DNA from: the human T2T-CHM13v2.0 reference genome, Homo sapiens
NCBI RefSeq assembly: GCF_009914755.1
Contig: NC_060926.1
DNA: 64,000 nt
Strand: one strand, 5' to 3'
Part shown: positions 58,501 through 64,000 of the stretch, in pieces
Layout: every line of letters begins with the position of its first letter
How positions within the stretch are numbered: the stretch's first letter is position 1
Program-made: the position numbers and the translations under genes
Notes under the pieces: model-generated
Told to the model about the DNA's origin: nothing
Database searches by the model: none
Seen by the model: the letters and a program-made list of their open reading frames with translations, nothing else

Positions 58501-61001
58501 TAAGATAAACCTGGCCTAATTTTTGTGTTTAGTCCCCAAAGGTCTTAGGCCACAGAGCTCTTGCTCCCTGAGCTTTAAGTTCAACCAGATGGCACTGCAG
58601 TTACTGACATTCTGAGCTAGCTAGGTTTCTGAGAACCAGCCCACATCATTTCTAAGGCGCAAATGCCTCCAAAGTCTCAAAACACTAGATTTTAAAGCAA
58701 ACCTTTGATGAGAGTTAACTGTGGTCTGGAACCACATCCTGATAGCTCCAAAGGGAGTTAGGACAAAAGAGAATGCCAAATACAGGTGCAGATCCGAGGT
58801 ACCCCTCAACCCCTCTACAGACAGCCTATAGGTATTTAGGCCTGAAAGAAAGCAAGCCAGGCAGGATGCAGAGACACACGGCAGGCAAGTGCTGGGGCTT
58901 CCTCCTCCCCAATTCCTCTCACCAGCAGGAAAGAGGTAGCTGCACTCAACCCATTCCCAAAGGATATAAAAATCAATATTGGAAAAATGCAGCCCCATAA
59001 GAAAAAAAATAACAGAAACAACAAACACAAAATCTTACAGTAAACCTCCCCAGGTAACGTTCCCGTTTACTTAACAAAAATCACTTATTCACCACATACT
59101 GGTTGCCATCAGGAAGAGGTCAAACAAAAGAATGTCACATTGACGTTCAGCTCTCAATGCCACACAGCACCGGGTTCTTTGGCGAATAGGGTTCATCCTA
59201 ACAGAGAGGCTGTGTGTGATATGCCACGCTCTCAAACAGTGACAGTTTACGAACAGTCAATGCTTTCATGCTATCATATAATGGAAAATGAAATTCCGTT
59301 GACCAGAGAAAAATAACCTTAAGAATGAATTCAGAAGGGCTTTTTACACTTGAACATGAACTACAAAATGATGCTAAATATGAACTCACCCTAGCACTGT
59401 CTTCCCTCCTATCATTTTGTGGGGTAGGGAGAAACAGGCCAGCTCTTAGAGATGACCTGCAATGCTACAAAAATAAGCTCAACCCAGGCTTCTGTCTTTC
59501 TTCAATATGGAATTTTTAAATCCTACGATATTAGCTGGAGAGGGGCAAAGGTAATGAACACATCCTATAATAAAAGTGAGAGGTTTTGTTCCATGCTCGT
59601 GATGTCCCCTGTCCTCACCTCTTAAATGGCATCTAGTTATGTGAGAACAGGGGGAGAAACTGCAACAGAGGTGCAGAATTCGTTGCCACTGGAGCAGCTC
59701 CAGTTCTCGCTGAGCATCTAGGCGGATTCTCTGGGAACTGCCGTTTCCATGTCATTTTATTTCACATGCTACAGTTTAGAATTTCTAAGGAGAAAGAGAT
59801 CGTGCATCCGAACACTAAACCGGAATAAAAATGTACAGGAGATACTAAGAATAGGACAGAAACCTGCTAAGTCTAAAATATATAAACCCGCCACAGCCAA
59901 CAAAATAAGGCTTCCAAGAAAAGGGGGTGGAGGTGCAAAAGAGCCGGCTTCCCCTAAAGGGCCTGGCTGCAAGAATCCATCTTTGGCCACTAAACGGTTT
60001 TAGCAGAACCACAGATTCGTTCTGAGGGGGACAATTTGGATTCGGATTCAGCAAGAAGTAGAAAAGGTGCAGACGCGGCCAAGAACAGGGCTCCCTCTGC
60101 AAAGAATCCAAGCCCAAAGGAAACGCGGAAGGGATGGAGAAGAGAGACGCGGGAACGAGCAGGGAGTCTCTCCCGTCCTACACTGGCGACTCAAGGGGGC
60201 ATCGGCAGTCGGTGGGAGGCAGAGTGTGGTCTCCCAGCAGAGGCAAGTGTGCTGACCTCCAGGCCAGTGTCAGTGGAGGGGAGCTCTGAAGGGTCTGCAG
60301 ACGCGCCCTCCGGAAACATCAGGTTTCAGTGGCATCCATCCAGATGAGGTTGGTGGCCCAAATCCAAATGTCCCATTCCTCTGCCCCATCATGAGACGAC
60401 GGGGCAGGGACCCACTGTGACCCGCGTCCGCGATTAGAATCGGGGACTGCCCGAGACCAGAGGCCGCCCGAGTCCCGGCTCGCTCCCCTCCTTGCGCCCT
60501 TCGCCAGGGCGGGCAGCCGGGCGGCCGCCGAGGGACATCTCGCGGCTACACCCGCAGAGGGAAGTTCTCCCAGGCAGCCGGCGGAGCCGCAGGGGACTAC
60601 GGAAAGGAGGATGCAACGAGCCTGGGTCCCTCCGAGCTGAGTAGGGCCCGGAGTGGCGCAGAAGCGCTCGACTCCGAACGCAAAAAATGCCTCCCGCAAA
60701 CTTTTCCCGTGGGCGCCGGAGGGCCTGGAGCTGGCGGAGAGGAGGGCGCGAGTCCAGGCGGGGTCGGCCTGAAGGCAGCTGGGGTCTGGGCTTCGAGGGA
60801 AGGAACCGCAGCCGAGGCGGTGCCGGCCGCAGAAGGTGGGGCTGCCGCTCTCGGCTAGCGGCGTTCTCGCCGGGAAGTCGGGGCTCCGCGCCCCCGCGCG
60901 CTCCGAGCCCCGCGCCTCGCCCAGCGCGGCCCGCGAGTGGGGAGAGGCGGGCCCCGAGCAGCCACCCCGGTCGCCGGCCGGGTCGGGCAGCTCGCGCTCA
61001 C
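55590..61001 (-). other. TMEM163: TMEM163 intron 1 (5412 bp, GT-AG)
   Basis: Bounded by the exon 1 donor and the exon 2 acceptor. Confidence 0.93.
55667..55935. mobile_element. MER102-like hAT-Charlie element just upstream of the exon 2 acceptor
   Basis: ttgcaaact...gacgtgttttgtttggcccacactgtgtttt...gatttcacatgaaaatc...ccccaccactcc. Confidence 0.72.
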
Positions 61002-61700
61002 CTCGGTCCTCCAGCCCGTCGCTGAACTGGCCGCTCTCGCTGATCCGCACCTGCCGCTCCTCCTCCAGCTGGGGCGGCTCGCGCACCGGGGAGCTCAGCG
61101 GGGCCGGGCCGGGGGCGGCAGCCGGTGGCGCGTGGCCCCGGGGCGGCGGCGGGACGGTGGGCCCCTGGGAGCTGCGGCGCTGGATGCCCGCGGCCGGCTC
61201 CATGGCGCGGGGCTGCGGATCCCGGCGGCGGCGACGACAAGCGCGGCGGGGACTCGAGTCAGAAGTGCGAGGCGCCGCGGCTCTGGCGGGGGCAGGAGCG
61301 GACGGACTGGCCGCGTGGACAGGGAGGGAGGGCGGGCGGGCGCCGCGGAGTGGAGGTGCACGGGCGGGGGCGGGGACGAGCGGAGAGCCGCTCGGCTCCG
61401 CGGCCGGTGGCGGAGGCTGGGGCCGCGTTGTTGCCGCCGCGCTCCGCCCCTGGGGGCAGGTGCGGGCGGCAGGGACCCGCCCCAAGGCCCGGACGCGGGA
61501 GCCGGCGCACCGAGGCGGACGAGAGGGAGGAAGCAGCGTGAGGACCCACAGGCGGCTCTGGCAGAGCTTGGCTAGGGCGTAGCGGGGACCCGCCCCACCT
61601 GCGCCGCGGGATGGTGCCCAGAGGGGACCCCTCCCACTGGATTCCTCTGGGGTCCGCGAAGCCCGCGGCCGCGCGTGGGTAGCAGACAGCGCCCCTAATT
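60380..61700. promoter_or_regulatory. CpG island / TATA-less GC-box promoter and 5' UTR of TMEM163
   Basis: Very high GC and CpG density spanning exon 1. Tandem Sp/KLF GC boxes (gggcgggggcgggg at 61362-61375). No minus-strand ATG for about 500 bp upstream of the start codon. Confidence 0.92.
61002..61203 (-). CDS. TMEM163: TMEM163 coding exon 1 (codons 1-67 plus 1 nt): MEPAAGIQRRSSQGPTVPPPPRGHAPPAAAPGPAPLSSPVREPPQLEEERQVRISESGQFSDGLEDR/G
   Basis: ATG in strong Kozak context (gcgccATGG) inside a CpG island. The peptide matches the human TMEM163 N-terminus as I recall it. Canonical donor GAG|GTGAGC at 61001 (phase 1). Confidence 0.96.
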
Positions 61701-62201
61701 TGGCATCTTTCTCTTCTGGAGCTGCACAGGCTTCAGAGGCTGTACAGGGTCTTCGCCTGGGCCTCCATTCTCACTGCTCATCCAGGGAAAAAGGGTTCAT
61801 CTGTCCCCAAGCCCGTCGCTCTCCGTCCTTCTCGGAGCTTTAACTCCCCTCCCAGTTTCTCCCTGGAGCACCCATTTAGCCAGGGATGGGGTATCTTTAG
61901 GACAGCGGGCGCTATAGAAGATGCTTGAACTCCGAGGCTTCCCCATTTCGACTCTTCCTGGGCCTTTGTCCCATACAGTTCGCTCCCCTGCTCATCTAAG
62001 TCTTGTGTGATCTTCAGAAATCCATGGAAGCCTCCCTTCTACGAGAAGTCTCCCCTACTCTGACCCCTGCAGCTCTTAATTCATTTTGTGCGGTGGGGCT
62101 GATCTCACCAGTGAGAGTCCACCGCAGGGCACACGCCAGCTCTCTTGATGCCCAGAGAGGAGCAAAAGAGGACCTGCTGTTTAATAAATTCAGCTTGGAT
62201 T

Positions 62202-62828
62202 TGTTGAGGCTCAGAAAAGTATACCCCAACGTATGGCACTTTGGTATGCTAAGTTTGAACTAAAAAACTAAACAGGCCTCTGAAGCCGCCTTAGAAACAA
62301 AGTCTGTCTCCCCCCCGACTTTCTCCCCACTAAGCAATTCACAGAAACCAGAATTCCTCTTCCCTACGGTGGTCATACAACCTAGAAATAGTACTCCAAC
62401 CTCCCTGGTCCTCTGCCTTTCTGTGTAGGAGCTGGCCATGAAGAAATACTCAGACCTACCTTGTCTGATAGTAGATCCTGAGACCCTCATTCCAGAAGAG
62501 GTCCTGCTCTATACATGCTGCACAGAGAGGCCAAGAAGAATCTGAACAGGCCTCGCTGGGTTCAACCCTCAGTCTATTACCATTAGATCACACCCTTTGT
62601 CCAATCACATTTCTATAAGGCTGTCCATTCTTCACTGAATCTAAGCATAAAAACAGGCAGTTTTCCCTGAGTCTTTGCATCTTCATTTCTGAAGGCTCCT
62701 GTATCACATAAAACTTTGATTCAATAAATTTGTTACGCTTTTCTCTTATTAGCCTATCTTTTGTTATAAGCATGTTTGCCGTGCCCCTTATGATGGGGAG
62801 GAAAGTATCACACCTTTTCTGCCCCTAC
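62202..62828 (+). mobile_element. MER39-family ERV1 solo LTR
   Basis: TGTTGAGGCTCAGAAAAGTATACCCCAA...AATAAA...ccttttctgcccctac. Confidence 0.78.
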
Positions 62829-63394
62829 CGTTTCAATGGTATCAACATCCAAGCTCTAGAGTCCGGCTTTCGTCTTTAGATTGATTCAGTCTCTGAATTT
62901 AATCCGGGTACTCCAAAATGTCAATTCCTCATTTAAAGGAGTCCTCCTCGTTTCTTGAAGAGTCACCCTTTTCCTTTTTCTTGTCTGCTTTGCTTGTGAT
63001 TGAAATGAGAGTAGGATTTAAATGCCTTTGTGGTGCACTGGAAATATCACCAGAAATGGGGAGAGGGGTCTTACTTTATTTTGTTGCTGCTGTTATTATT
63101 GTTGTTGCTGGATTGGAATGAGAAGATCTGAGTTGACCTTGACCAACTTACTTTACCTTGTTGACCACTAATTTCTTCAACTACAAATTGAAAGAGTTGA
63201 ACTACGTCATTTCAAAGATCCCTTCCTGCTGCAAAGAAAAAGAAAAATGCTATGATTACTTGGATAAAGACAATGAAAATCTCTACCCATTAATCCTGGT
63301 TCTATCCTCTAAGGTAGAACATCCTTCAGATATATTTGCAGAGTCATCTCCTCCACTTTTTTCCTCCAGTCTATCCCATTTAATCCCCCTGTCA

Positions 63395-63980
<586 letters not shown>

Positions 63981-64000
63981 ACCACCCTTTATGATTACTC

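Noticed and set aside
60319-61485. 388-aa minus-strand ORF as a single-exon protein or intron-retained TMEM163 isoform
   Set aside because: Only 61203-61002 matches TMEM163. A strong GTGAG donor follows, and the rest is low-complexity Pro/Ala/Arg/Gly translation expected from CpG-island DNA.
60687-61582. Plus-strand ORFs of 112-248 aa antisense to exon 1
   Set aside because: Stop-poor GC-rich sequence, several with non-ATG starts, and no recognisable domain.

Overview
Human (primate) genomic DNA containing the 5' end of TMEM163 (SV31, a zinc-transport membrane protein related to the CDF/SLC30 family) on the minus strand. It includes a CpG-island promoter (~60.4-61.7 kb), coding exon 1 (61203-61002, 202 nt), intron 1 (5.4 kb), coding exon 2 (55589-55470, 120 nt) and the first 55.5 kb of the very large intron 2. 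Intron 2 is mostly interspersed repeats: more than 20 Alus, MaLR/ERV solo LTRs, old L1/L2/MIR and hAT/Tc-mariner fossils. All other ORFs in the supplied track look like repeat-derived or GC-rich artefacts. I found no evidence of a new multi-gene system. The most unusual local signals are a pure (GC)12 tract expanded inside an Alu, a five-tract G-quadruplex motif in the promoter, a frame-preserving exon 2, a 12-kb Alu-free zone around exons 1-2 and several LTRs positioned to act on transcription. Repeat family names and the gene identity come from my recall of consensus and protein sequences and need RepeatMasker/Dfam and BLAST confirmation; repeat boundaries are approximate unless target-site duplications (TSDs) are quoted.
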